Part shown: piece by piece, positions 1-14,300 of the stretch
Layout: each line of letters starts with the position of its first letter
Numbering within the stretch: position 1 is the stretch's first letter
Source of the DNA: Tubulanus polymorphus
Taxonomy: Eukaryota; Animalia; Nemertea
Reading direction: 5' to 3'
DNA length: 64,000 nucleotides
Assembly: GCF_964204645.1 (NCBI RefSeq)
Contig: NC_134026.1
Coordinates: forward strand, 25,888,150 to 25,952,149
The notes under the pieces: generated by a model
Database searches by the model: none
What the model was told of the DNA's origin: nothing
The model's input: only the letters and a program-made list of their open reading frames with translations
Position numbers and translations under genes: made by a program

Positions 1-1
1 G

Positions 2-283
2 GTATACGCTTTTGATGAAAATCGAGATGGATGCTGTGAGTACAAAAAGAAGATTTCCGAAGAATTTCCTACGAAAGTTGGCAATATGCCACTTGTATCG
101 AACGTTGATATCGTATACTATTCGTATTATTCGAAAAAAATGTATTTCATAAAAGGCGAGGATGTTTGGGAAAACGAAACCTTCCGAAAAAAATACAAGC
201 CTCGACAGCCGTCGAACGTTAACAGTCTGATTTACGTCGGAAAATGGTTCAACAGATGGCACGACATCTGCGACACAGACTGA
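2..283 (+). CDS. MMP21: Terminal coding exon of an MMP21-like matrix metalloproteinase (C-terminal hemopexin blade); 5' part lies outside the window
   Basis: The frame is open from nt 2: VYAFDENRDGCCEYKKKISEEFP...SNVDIVYYSYYSKKMYFIKGEDVW...KWFNRWHDICDTD*. The hemopexin D-x-x-Y...Y-F-x-K-G-x-x-x-W pattern, the YYSY motif and the terminal W-x-D-[IV]-C-D match the MMP21 C-terminus as I recall it. Confidence 0.75.
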   Translation, partial: VYAFDENRDGCCEYKKKISEEFPTKVGNMPLVSNVDIVYYSYYSKKMYFIKGEDVWENETFRKKYKPRQPSNVNSLIYVGKWFNRWHDICDTD

Positions 284-3200
284 TAAAACTGTGTATCATC
301 CTAGACAATTTAGCGATGACCGTTACAAAACGTTCTATACGAAAAATGTGATATGAAAAGTTGCAGTATTTTTGCAGATTGTGGTGAGTTTTTCGAGATG
401 TTTCTGTGAAATCATTTTGATTTTGAAGAAAAGTTCATACGTATGCGCGTACGCATCACAGAACTGGTGTCGTTCCAATGAGTTCTCTTTTCTAAACTTT
501 GAAGTTTCTCGAAAAACAAATGTATGAAAAAATCATTTGGATTGCTCAGAATCGGTTGTATATTAAATCTGGAAGATGCAATACTAACGCTTTGTAGGTA
601 AATGCAACTCGACACGTCGACATACGATAGCATCTGACTGTGCAGTAACTATTTCTGCAAACATATAGTTAATATATTAAACAATTACAATATATGATGA
701 TTACTCCGTGAGATAATTATTTTTGTATTTCGGTAGCGTTAGCATCAGATTACTTTGATGATTAATCGTTGTAACGAAATGGACACATCACGCGTCTCTT
801 CACCAGAGAACTCGTGGTTAATAATACGTAGACTAATCTAATTCACGCTGGACAAAACTTACGTGTTTATCCGCCAAAAGTTTACCTGGACTCGGTTTCG
901 TAATATATCACTCATATCACATACCGTATACGAAACCTTAACTGCTTCACATTCCTAACTGCTGCTTTAGTGTTTGACTTCATTTGGTTACAAAACGGAT
1001 ATCAAATTAACACGCAACCGCGGGTGACAAAAATGCATACTTAGATTCGATGCGGTTTCGATTTATGCAAATATTCAATGACAATGGCTGTGAAGTCGGC
1101 AGATTCACGTTTCCGGAAATGACGTCACGTAAATCATGTTTGCTTTTTGAACTTTTAACGTTTGTTACTATTTATCATTGGTTAACCTCGAAGAGATATC
1201 TGTAAAAAGCCATCCATTAGCCCAAGCCGTCCATTCAATCAGTACTTATATTCTTATCTGCTGCCTATTCTTTTCTCTAAAGCAAATATTTTTTTGCTGA
1301 GAAAATATACACCCTTGTCCTTTAAAATCAGCGTATTCCCCATTGGTTGTCATGTGATAATCAATTTTATCATTACTGTTGAAATGATTTTCGATGTTTT
1401 GGAAATTCCTTATTAGTTGGAGATTTACTTTTCGATTTCTGAATCGGTGAAAAGCATATATATTTTAAATCTAGGACACAATTTTATCCGGCATTTATTG
1501 TAGAAATTATTCATCTGTAAAAACATAACTTTTTATCTCTAATTTATTATCTTGGAGTTATTGCATTATAGTTTCATCATATCCATGCGTACCTTTTTTT
1601 GGTATACGTAGTCCTATCATACTGTGGGCCAGTCGTCATATAACCAAGCTCGAAAATCTTTTTCCTAGTTAAATATCATACCTGGTACCGTATTTCAAGC
1701 GATTTTTCCATCCCATTCGTCCTTTTCTATTTAAACTATTTTGTATGCTTTGAATCTCTTTTCTATGAGGCAAACACACTGCGTATAACAAAACTCTACG
1801 TAGACATTATTTTACATTTTTTAGCAACGAATTTCTTGTAATAGTTTATTTTTGTTAACTTAGAAACATTCATTTCCAGGTATCACATCGTATTTGCAAA
1901 AAAAGATAATTGAAACAGAAATGTTAGATGAAGAAATGTATTCAGATATTTTGTAAACACTGTAAGACTGTATGATAGATAGAATATTGTAATTACGGAT
2001 AGGCCAGCGATCATCATCTATATTCCTCAATGTATATTCGAATCGATATTGCAAATCAAATTAATGAAAACCTTAGATTTCTTGTTAATATTTAATGATC
2101 GTATGTGCTGTTTGAAGTTTTGATTTTTTTTCACCACGTTTGTAGTTTATTGACAATGACAAAAGGCGCATTGGCCATAACCTATGGTTTTAATAGTCTA
2201 TTTTCTCTTCACAATAGATCATATACCCGATGTGTTATCAGTTGTATACGATTTCATTATGTAACTGTTTTCATTGTAATCATTAATCTTCAAGTAAGAG
2301 TGATGTGTTAGATTGATGAAATTGACTATTTAAAATTATAGATTTGACAGGATGCCTTGCTTTAATATCTTTCCAGAATGAGCTTTTATCTGTATGAATT
2401 TTATATATGATATACAGCTTTATGTTTTAATGCAATATTTGCAAGTATAAAATCAAAAGATCTGTCCAAAAGATTTGTTTTTCGTATATTTTCTTCTGGG
2501 GAGGCTAGGGATATTTCGTAAGAATCCACTGCGGGTAGATACCGCAGGAGTTATGCACGATAAGTCCGCTAGATGGTGCAAACAAATGGCTTGGTAATGT
2601 AAATTCTGTATTTGAGAGAAATTGACTCGATTCAACATTACGATTGAGTTCCCTAAAAAATACAAACGATGAACCCACGCTACCAAAATAATTTTGTTGG
2701 TTTGGGAGGAGTTGATTCAGTAAAATGTGATATTCAATTTCAGTAAATGTGATATTTTCCAGATGATCTACTGAGTTTAAATCATTCCATTACGATCCGC
2801 TCTAAGTTGTTTCTAATTAACAATGGAACGATAGCACACAAAGGTTTAGTTAATCGACGTGCCCATGGCTCCAATTGCCTCCTTAATTGTTATTTCAAAG
2901 TCTCCAACTTCCATCGCTGAAAGATTAAATTGCTGAAGGATTGATTTGCGCTGCGGGCAACGTTGAATGCGAAGTCATACAAGACCTTGGCAGGATAGTG
3001 ACGCTAAGCATTTATATTAATGAATAAATTGCAGATTACACGTGCTTCTGGTTAAGAAAGTTGATTGACTATGAATCACATCCTTATTAGATAGAACGCT
3101 AAAACGTTATTGCTCTGGGTATTCGTTATGCTATTTATAAGACATTGAATCCATTAGACAACTAATTGTTTAGCAAAACTCCTACTGTATAACAGGTCGG

Positions 3201-5301
3201 GTAAATTAGATATATTGTGTACATATTTTCTAGATTTTATAAATATATATACGTTGGTTGTGAGGTGTAAAATTAAATGGGGAGTTTCAGATATATATAT
3301 ATGCGATATTCTACTTTTATGAACAATGAGCAACAAGCTTTATGCGCATCGATTACGAGGATTAAGTGGAATTTGTTTTCGTTCTCGGCACAAGAGACTT
3401 TTTATATTTTGTGATTGAAGAACGTCTTTATGAATTATGAAAATAATTATTCGTTGTAACCGACTAATCGGCACTCATCATCGTAGGTCAACGATACAGG
3501 GATGCTCGGCAATTAGAGTGATTATATTCCAATTAAGAGGATGGTACGTGATGGTCGGAGTACTTCTGAGAAACAATTCCCGCGGCTTCCTAAGAACATG
3601 TTCTTTAAAGAGCCCGCCATCGTAGACTCTTTAATTGCAGACTGTTTAAACTGGATGAACATGATTTCGCTGAATAGAATCAATTACCCTGAGTGCAACG
3701 TAATGAGGAAGCGACTCATATTCGCAGATGCAAGTGGGCTTCAGGCTGTACAAGCCACCGAAAGAAAACACCGTAAAAGCACACTGATTCGGTATTCCGC
3801 ATCGCATATTATTCAGAGTTTCCGTCACGGGGTTTCACGATTTCTTACACATTATACGGTGGATAGAATGAGATAATAAGGCTTCCTCTAATTGCAATCG
3901 AGTAGCAAATGCATTGGAAAAACATTAGAGAAAACCCCAGGTAAAGACCACATTGCATTTATTATTCATTCAGTTTAGAAATATTTTACAAGGGAGGTTC
4001 CAACAAAAGAACAATTGAAATCCACCTAAACATACATATACGTATACAGGTATAATTTACAGTGCAAAAAGTGTGTGAGCGTCGAAAATTGAATGATTTC
4101 TGGAAGTTGTTGCAGATCATCAGATCACCCTGGGTTTACTAATGGATGTGAGTATGAATATCTCGAATATATTCATTATGTGAAGAACGTCACATGCTCG
4201 AGTCATTAAGTATCACATCACGAAGATTAAGCTAGATTTAGAATCATATTGAATTTAGAGGGAGAATCTTGGAGCAATTAGCATCATTGTTTCTTAATAT
4301 ATAAAACAGCATGTCTATCGTATATCTATCTATTTTAAGATACTGCAGCCTAGTAATAAGTACACGAGTCGCATTTTAATTATGAATACATTACCGGGAT
4401 TGAAGTGGATGGAGGCTACATCGGAAATTAGATGATTTCATCAGACGAAGACATTTGAAACTTAAGTTGCCATATTCAATTCATTAGGGTGAAAAATATA
4501 CGAGCGTTTTCATTTGAGAAATATCTCCATCCAAACTTTGTTATTTATATCGTATGAATTTTGTGTACAAATATATCAGATTGATAATACATTGTGTGAG
4601 GAAATGTGATGTTTTGCTTTCTTGAATATATGATTCTGATTTTTCTTTCTATTTTCTATTTGTGTCAAACGATGCTTTGATAGATTATTTCACGCGCATC
4701 ATGTGTTAATCAAGAAAAGATTAAGAGAAGAGACTCGCTTTCATCTGTGTACACGAAATTACGAAATGATGAAACGGCGAATAAAATGACAAAAGATCCG
4801 GATGTAAGGTAATCGCCGAGCGTTCACAATCCCGACCAAGCTACATCAGATATATCGTCCAATTGTCACATCGGCTTTGTAACACTATCCTCGCGATCAG
4901 TCTCACATGAAATCACAAAACCATCGTCGCCTTTCAATAAATAGGTTTCAGTATGATAGGAAATTGCACGGCTTCAGTGTATCGATCAGTAATTTCTGGT
5001 AATAGTTGTAACAACATGCTTCACAGCGGGCTAATAACTCTCTTACTCTTTAGGTTGGCTAAGTTCATTACTTCCACGCCACTTCACGTATCGTGATTAC
5101 AAACCAGCCAGAAATAATGGGCAGAGCTTCGCGAGTAATGATCTTCCTTAACTCTCTTCAAGATAACACGGCGACGATAGCCAACCGAACGTGAATAGAC
5201 CGATGAACGAGTGTCGTGCACTGGCGATCGATGAGGTTGATGATGATGGAGGGAATACGGCATCGGAATAAGAGATGATTAGCGACAACCTGACGATTAA
5301 A

Positions 5302-8300
5302 TCACGTCTGGCTGATGTTTTGATTAACGTCCTTTTCAATGCAATCCGCGCCTGCAATAGGCATATTTTCCTTGCTCGCCGCCATATTTGAATCTGTGTT
5401 GCCAGCTGGAACGCAAATTTCGAGGTCGTTAAAACCTTTGTCGTTAATTGGTTCTGGACTCAGTTTTGGGTCAGTGATAGGTGCATCTGGCAATGACGTA
5501 GCCGTTTCCTTTATTTTAACATTACCATCCTCTGCAGATCTCTGTGACAGTACCGTATGTTGTCCGCATTCTGTATTTCCACCATCGTTATTGTTTATAT
5601 GTGTTCTGGTAGTATCTGATTCAATATTGCCATTGATGGCATTTTCACTCTTTTGGTCGTCATTGGTGCTAGGTTCTTGTTGGCCTACTGTCGTCGCACC
5701 ATTTTTAGTGTTATCTATATGCTTCTGCTCTGCCGCTTGAGCGTTTGAAATGTTTTCTTGTTTCTTCCATTTCGTGCGGCGGTTCTGGAACCAGATTTTC
5801 ACCTGAAAAACATCAACGAGGAAAAGATTTGCTGTTATGTGTGTTTACATTTTGCATTATACTCCTTGATTCTGAATTTAAACGCGGCTTAATCGATATT
5901 GCAATAGTAAACACGTGTTCAATAATCCTTTAATCGTTGGCCGTGTTAATAGTTTCCATCATTTTAAGTTAGACAAACACCATTAAATCTCAACAGAGCC
6001 TCATGAAAGGATAATTCATAATCGAAAAATATAAACCATTATCAGACCGAGATAAAAATGCTACTACAGATCTGTAAGACGCGTCTCTTTACAAATCAAT
6101 CACTGCCACCTCTACCCCCATATAGCATTATTCAATAATGCTAACTTTTCCAACTCAAAAGTCTTCTATGATTGATTTAGGAGGGCGACGTTTTAATGAA
6201 TAGACTTTGAATTTCAAAAGTTACTGATATCATGAGAACATTTTTATTAGCAACTCATGGCCATCTACACAGGTAACAGGTATAAAATGTGGCCATAACG
6301 ACATACTCGTCCGATCCCACAGTTTATGATGTGCTTATCACACTAAAAATTCTTTGCTTTAAACTCACTTATTATATGACCCCGAATATTGTATTTGAAT
6401 TTATTGTTTATTATTGGCAATTATACGATAATAAGTGATCGTTGGAAAGCAATAAACAAGATAAATCGCGATAAGAAAGTGACGGACTAAGATCAGCAAA
6501 CTTTTTCTGGGAACCAGCCAGTTGCTACCGACAAAATATTTGTTGACATTGAAGTTTTAATAGCAGTTATACACGGGATAATGGCTTTGTGATCATTCGA
6601 TTTGAGACCTGATCAAACAAAAGACTGACAAAACGTAAATAAATAAATGATGCGGGCTCCCGTGTAAAAATCTAACGTTTGTTTTGTGGAATGCGGGTTC
6701 GAATGTATTTTTACGTGTATTATCTATGCACGCACAAGCCTTCAACAAACAGCTATTTAGAGAAAAAATTGACTGCAATTTAGAGAGAAAAAAAATTGTT
6801 CGAATTTCAAATCCGAAATTCAAGACTTTATTTTACATAGACAATGATTTACCTGCGTTTCTGTAACATTGAGAAGTCGAGCCATTTCAGCACGTTCGCT
6901 GGACGATAGATATTTCTTCTGCTCAAACTGTTTTTCAAGTTCAAATATTTGGCGACCAGTGAAAGTTGTCCGGGCTTTCTTCTTCTTTTGCTCGTCCTTT
7001 TTATCTTTGCTGCAATCATCTTTCTTTTTTCGTTTTTCTCCTTTCAATTCTCCATCACCTGAAAATAGAAGAACACCAAAAAATTATAATAACTTCACAT
7101 CGTTTGAAAGAAATTCCCTTCTTATAACATAAAATGTAACGAGACCCGTTTCTCAGTTTAAGGAAAATCAAATTGACGTGTACTGAAATCGTTTCTTCTG
7201 TGTTACTAGCGACGATTTTATAGCGTTAATCATCGTCGTGAAACCTAAACACACGGAACAATCGACGATTCGTGCGTGAAGTGTACATTTTAATTCCCGA
7301 CGCAGACGATCGGCGTTTAAAAGCTTCTGGTCGGCACTAGTACATCAAATCACACCGTTATTGCTGTCAGCATAGGTTCCGCACCTATTATTTCTACGGC
7401 GCAATTTAATCCCCTCTTTGTCATGCTGCCAGAACGATTCCGGTATCCAGTCCGCACCCCAAGAGCTCCAGCGTCATACATCATCCGACTGACATCAAAT
7501 TAATTGTAAAATTACGAGTTGACAATTGCTTTCCGACTTGGAATTAAACGAGCCGGATTCCCGACTATCGCAGTACGCTTATCTTCATCGATTTAGCAGA
7601 AGTCGTTTTATCGGGTTGCTAAAACATGTAACACGAATTTTGAAACTTAACACGCGGAGGCTTTATGGATTGAGATAAGATCTCAACGTTCGCCAAAAAC
7701 AAATTAACTGAAAAATTTCAAGGAAAGCCTGTAGCTTGAATTACACGGACATGTGAAACCAACTAAACTTTTAACAAGTGTAAAAATACATATTTTCATC
7801 ATTTTCAAGGACCCGCTCAATGTTCTGATAAGTATGGCTGAATGGGGAATACTAAATCAAGTATCAAACATAGACGACAATAGCACAATGTATATGTAAT
7901 TGAAAGAGTCAATGGTTTATAAACAGCTTTGTCGTTTGCAAAAGAAGAGTCAAATTTGCCAGCAATTTCAGCGTACAAGTGTCGTTATGGGAACTGGGAA
8001 AAGCGTCAAACCGAATGATTACTCCCAAGGAAGTCATGAATGCGCGGTTAAGTCAACTTAGAATCCCTTGGCTCGACTAACGTTGATAGCTGTAATCCTT
8101 ATTTTTCACCCAAGAGATTATATCTGACGGATAATGAATCATCCGCTAATTCGGCATGTAAGGGCACACACCTACATTACTAACCGATACCAGCCGCCTG
8201 ACTTCAGCCGGGAATTCAAAGCTGCTATACCGAATTTTATGCGAGGTGTCTTTTATCAGAAATTTAATCAATTCCCACAATAGCGGCGAATAAACGGTAG

Positions 8301-11300
8301 CATTGCAGCAGATGAAGTTACCAGTCGACAAGTCATCTTATAGAATATCACACCTTATCGTTTCAGGTTTCCTACCGAATTAATCTTTGTAATTAATATT
8401 GCAGTGCGCAGCAATTCGCTGGCAAGGAGATTAACTGGGAATCTTTGATATTTTAAAATTCTGTCGTTATCGGGTGCAATTGTTCCGCGTTTGTTTTCAT
8501 CGAAAGATACTACACGTTTCAAACACCAGGAATCTAAACTTCACAGCGACGAACGAACGTTCCTTCATTCAAGTAAAAACTATGATTAGAATTTGATGAT
8601 AATCCCCAAAATTACTAAACCAAGATGTCGTAGAAATCTGACTCGTACGCCATTGAATTGGGAGATGAATGCCGTTTACGGAGTTTATATCGCTTGATGT
8701 AAGCTGTTTCAAGAAACGTTAACATTTCCATCGGACAAAAATAAGCCGTTTCAGGATATTCTAAAGAGCTTAAACACAGTACATTCAACATTTCATATTA
8801 AAAAAAAACGGGTTTCATTCCCAAAAGCACAAACTAGGCTTTTTTGATTACAAAACGGCGGTGGTAACCGATGGCCAATAAACAAAACGTTAGAAAATTG
8901 ACAAATTATCTTTTGTACATACTTTGTTCATATATAAAAATACAATTTATACATGGCTGTCACATCCGACACCCTTTTATCCAATTTCAATATACTCCAT
9001 CATATCGTGGTGTAACTAATATCATTTGATTAGTGCCGATTTCCGCGAAGAGTTCTCTAAATACTGGCGTTTAACGCACGTACGTAATTAAACAATTGTA
9101 TATGGTGGTAATTCACCCCATCCGTCGTATATGGGCCGTTTATTGTTTCTTTCGTGCGCAAAATATCACAACCGTAATTTTGTCAGTCATTATAAAAAAT
9201 AAACAATGTAACAGGACGATCGTTTTAATCGACGAATAATTTTGCAGCCTATTTTTTCAGAGAATGTGAAATGTATACACGTTATATGTAATCGACTGAT
9301 CTTTTGTATCGAGAACCCTCCGGGCGTTACCCAGAAACATTTTCTATTCGAATGTATCTAATTCAAGAAAATACGGTAAAACACTTTCGTATAGCGATAC
9401 TTACGATGGTTTATAGAGATGGAATAGAAATTGATATTCTGATTGTATCTGACGCGCAGTACTATTTTATGGATAAAGCGCTTTGAAAACAGGAACTTGC
9501 CACATACAGCTTCGTGACTTGCATCAATTTTTCGTTTATAGAGCTGGCTGTCTGCTACTGTCGACTCTAATGTTACTCGCATCGACGTCGTTTCAATGTT
9601 TTATCTTATCTTATTTTAGATGATCGGTGCATTTCTCACCGACTTATGATTGCGAGATAAAAATGCGCTTTAATCAGTATCCCAAAATAATTGTACATAT
9701 ATATTCTTCATTTATTCTTAATAACCAATTGACACTGTTCACTGCACTCATATTGCAACTGCCCATCATTGTAAATAACTTATGTCCGTTTTTCTGTCGA
9801 TGGAATGTCACGACCAGATATCGAACGCCATAATTTACAACTGATAGTAAAAAATGCCGTCTGCCAGAGCTAGTAATGATCTTAATCGACCCGTTAGCAT
9901 ACAGACCACGCGGATGCCATTTAAGCCTATCGGTAATTGGTATTCATCGTGAGAAACAAAGCCATTTTATACTCGTATCAAGAACCCTTCGCTCGTAATC
10001 TATTTTCTGTGTCGTTGGGTACCGGAAAGTGCTGTTGTAACTGATTGAGGCTGGTCTGGTCTTTTTCTTCCGTATATGCAGATGAAATCTAACCGAACAA
10101 GGCACATCGGCACGCTGGTCCGCAATTAGGCAGTTTAATCGTATCACGTCGTCACTACCGGGTGTCTACTATGGGCTGAACGACACCAGAACCAATTAGA
10201 TACGGCATCAAGGAGAAGAATCTTCATGTACCAGTTTATTTGTCAACCATAAAACGGCCACTAATACAATCTGGTTTCAGCGTAATGAACAAATGAAAAA
10301 AATGACATGGGAAATTTGAAAGGAATTGGAATTGAATTGATAAGCTTGATGGTTCCGATGAAAAAGCAATCTTACCCACCACGTGTTCGGCGTTCACTCG
10401 TTTAATTAAAAACTAAATTGCTGCGTGAAATAAGATGTGGATTATAGAAACATCGATCATGCGACAACAGCAACAAAAAATCCATCTGCAGTTAAGCACC
10501 AATAGGACACCTGCCCGTTAAATTGTGCGTTCCTTATAATGAACAAATCTAATAGTCGCTCTCGATGAAAAATAGTTTACGACTGCCGTCGACGATTACG
10601 GTCTTGACAGGAGCGAATTTGTTCGTGAATTCGCCTGATTAAATCGAGTCAGGCTATTAGAAAATAATTGGAATTCATCACAATCAGTTAAGCCGTTAGT
10701 TTAATTGCTCGTTGATCGTGCACTGTCACTCACGTATTTAAATCATGTTTCCGCTAAATATTGCGCTGGCGAGGTTTGCTAGAGATCTGACGTCTATGTA
10801 GGTTCGCTTAATTTCATTTTTCTAGCTGTCATGCCGTAGAACGTTCGGCAGCTAAGTCAATTAATAAACGATGTGTACTACTCGCAAAAGGCCGGTGATA
10901 GATATTCACGCTGAATGATGCGACGGTGTCTTCGACTCCAAGACCTGATTAGACGCTTGATTGAGCTATACATAGCCTTATTGCTGCTCGGTTCAGTCTT
11001 ACAACAGCGCTGCAAATGAGCCATTGGTGTACACGGTTACAATTAAGGGAAGGTGGACGGATGATGTTCATCAGCGGCTGATTGCCGAGCCAGTTTTTGC
11101 TTGTTCCGGGTGCGTCGTTGCGACCACGGGCGAGACTAATAAACACGGAGGTGACACCGCAAATGTGGCTCTCATTACAGCAGTTCTCGTAAAATGAATC
11201 GACTCACTGGGAAAGCGCTTGTTATCTTATCATCAATGGATAACAATCATTTGTTCAGTTTGGCGAACTGCTACAGTTCCCGACTTGTTTTTTTCGATTT

Positions 11301-14300
11301 TTTTCCTATTCTGGAATTTCTATTTCTAATTTATACGGGTCTATTTATTCTAACAATATGGTGTACACATACATTGAGCTTAAAGCTATGAAAATAACAT
11401 GACTTAAAAATGGTCGCCAAAAATTGAATTATCGATATGCACCGAGATAACAAACACACGAAAAATGGATAAACACTAAAATTATTCATAAATTCATTGT
11501 TCACCTGGTAGGTAATATCAAAAATGCAAAACACGATTGATTCAGTTTTTAATTCAAAAGGGAATTGCAAATTCTTAATTATTGGTGGCACTAAACACAT
11601 GAATTTCAATAAGGGGATTATTTCTAAATGCAGTCGAATTCGTAAGCGGGACCCGTGATGGAAAAATCCTCGTATCTTTCCCGTACATATCAGAATTCAT
11701 TGGCATTTAAACTGAATTATTGCAATTATTTCATCTATCAAACGGCTATGAAATTCTGAATATGGATTTTATGGTCATAATTCATGTCGTTTTATATGTA
11801 AACTTCAATTGAAACACATGTCGACAAAGTCATTAAAACTGACACTAATAATGAGTTCATCGTATTAATTCACTTTTAGTATGGATTTAGTATATTTTCA
11901 TTTCAGCCAAAATTACATTAGAAGTTATTGCCATTTAACGTGAAATATGCGTATCATCTATTGACGCTGATCAAGATGACACCATATACTAAATCCTTTA
12001 TTCTCTAGTTTTATGAAAATTGATAATTTCATTTCATAACAATGCCTTTACTACATATTTATTCTATTTTTAAAACAGATGGAAAATTACGTTGGTTGGT
12101 TGTTCGAAGAATCTATATGGTCTTTCTAACATATGATCTTGACCATTTTCATGATGTGGTATAAGGCTAAAAAGTATGTATTATAAAAACTGTTTATATA
12201 TCAAACGATATAATGCGAAACGCCGTTCACAAATATGAAAGACAAATATTATACACGTCGATGTAATTAATGATACAGCCGTTTATTGAGATTTACTTCA
12301 AAACACATCGGATCTCTTCATAAAACAAAGAGAATTACTGTTCCCTACGCGAGCAGCTGTCGGCTTATGAACTCTGGGTTTATCTTGAAAAACATTCGAA
12401 CAGGGATTGATAACGTAACAAAGTCCCCCATTTATTTCATAGCAATGCGAGCGAATATTCGGTTCGTTTATCTTTACGGCGAGCAATTCATCCCCGAAAA
12501 ATATTGGCATCATGCAGGGGCATTCGTGGCTGCTGGCATCATTAACTTCCTCGATGGTGGGAGTTGTTGGTGTTTTGTGCGAGAAATGGAAGTGGTGTTA
12601 TCTGATCGTTCAGCGATGTTTAGTCACGCTGTAATATGTGTTTTACGGTGAAGGAAACATTTAGCAGATATAACCGGTATTTAATAGGCGATTAAAAGGC
12701 CGTTTTTGAAGCGCCAGACACGTTCAACGAATTAGTCAAACTGCTATAATTACAAATCACTGATAAAGTATATATTCCCCACTGGTATAACGAGAAAGGT
12801 TGATCAAAGGCTAACAAACATCGACTCGGGAGCAAACTCAAAGCATGGAAATATTATTTCGATGAAACTTATTCCTACACGAACGTTTTCAAACTAGTAG
12901 ATATGGATGTATGAAGGTCCATGTAAAGCGCAGTTAAATGTCCCGAGGTGACCTGAGCAGAAGCAATAAATGGACATATTACAATCGCGATGAGCATTTT
13001 AAACACATCGGCCATAGTAAACAAATATTATTCTACAGATGATAAGTTGTACGTTCAATAAGCGCATTTTATCGTTCGAATTCATATGTGAAGTGCCTCC
13101 AAGACAAGTGTTGAAGTAAGAACGAGTTGAACTTTGCATGATTCAGACAGGGATTCGGGTTATCAGTAATGGGACTTTAATATCGCGCATAGTCGAGTCG
13201 GTAATTGCAAGGCAATATACATTCCAAAAGATAAAACCTTTACAAAGTCTTTTGAATTTCGAAACCTCAATAAAATATCGAGCGTATGTTTACCTAGTAG
13301 TGATAGCGTAATATTCAGAAGCGATTCAGAAACGCCAATAGACTCAAAACTAGTTACAAGAATTGTTGCTATCATTACGTATAATGAATGTATAAGAATG
13401 AATATCTGCCTAAATGTTTAACGAAAATGATACCAGCTTTAAAATCGCTTTCTGGCAACATTCATTCGATTAAAAAAAATCAAACAACATGCGGGTGAAA
13501 TAGGGAGTGATTAATGAAATGAATGTTATGCGAATTTCTATAAAACTTCCTACACGCATTTTCGGACAGAGCGTGAATACAAATTTATAGATATTTGTGT
13601 ATATTTAATTCATTATCGTCGTCGTATATGCTTGTATATAAAAAAATAAATTTGAACGCGAATAAAGATACTTATTTCTACGAAAAATTGAAATTGAACG
13701 ACACTGATATATAAACGCATTTAGCCTAACTAAATAAAAGCACATACTTCTACGATTACCAAGGATCCAACTTGCTCATTATTCACCATTTCATCCAATG
13801 AACAAGTATTTAGATATCAAAAGAAACCACGTGATTAAGAAATGAAACGTCGTGATGAATGCGAGGAGGTGTTTTCTTAGATATGTGTGCAAAGTAATTA
13901 CACTTTGCTTATACGTCGTTCTCGGGAACTGAGGCAAAAAACGAAACATCGTTTCACTAACAATTGGCGATTAGTCGACGCAATTCTGTTGGATACTTGA
14001 GCTTGATCGGTCTTCAATCGCTTTTAACGCTTTGATCGATGTCACTTTGAAGCTATCTACTTAAGCACGAACTTCTCCCGTCAATTCGATCCACGCCGTG
14101 AATCGCAATGTTTTCCAGATTCCGAAAACATTTTATTGTATAAAATCAACACAACAGCCGCCTGCGGGAAGCCGGCAATCATTTCTGTAGTCAATGTGTT
14201 GTTTTAAAGTTTTACGCGACTTTTTACCCCACACGATGGAACTTTCATAACGTATAATTGATGTAGAAATATAAACTTTCCTTGATATGATGCCTATGTA

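Noticed and set aside
3437-3876. Overlapping short ORFs downstream of NK7
   Set aside because: No homology or splice-supported structure; probably non-coding regulatory or UTR-flanking DNA.
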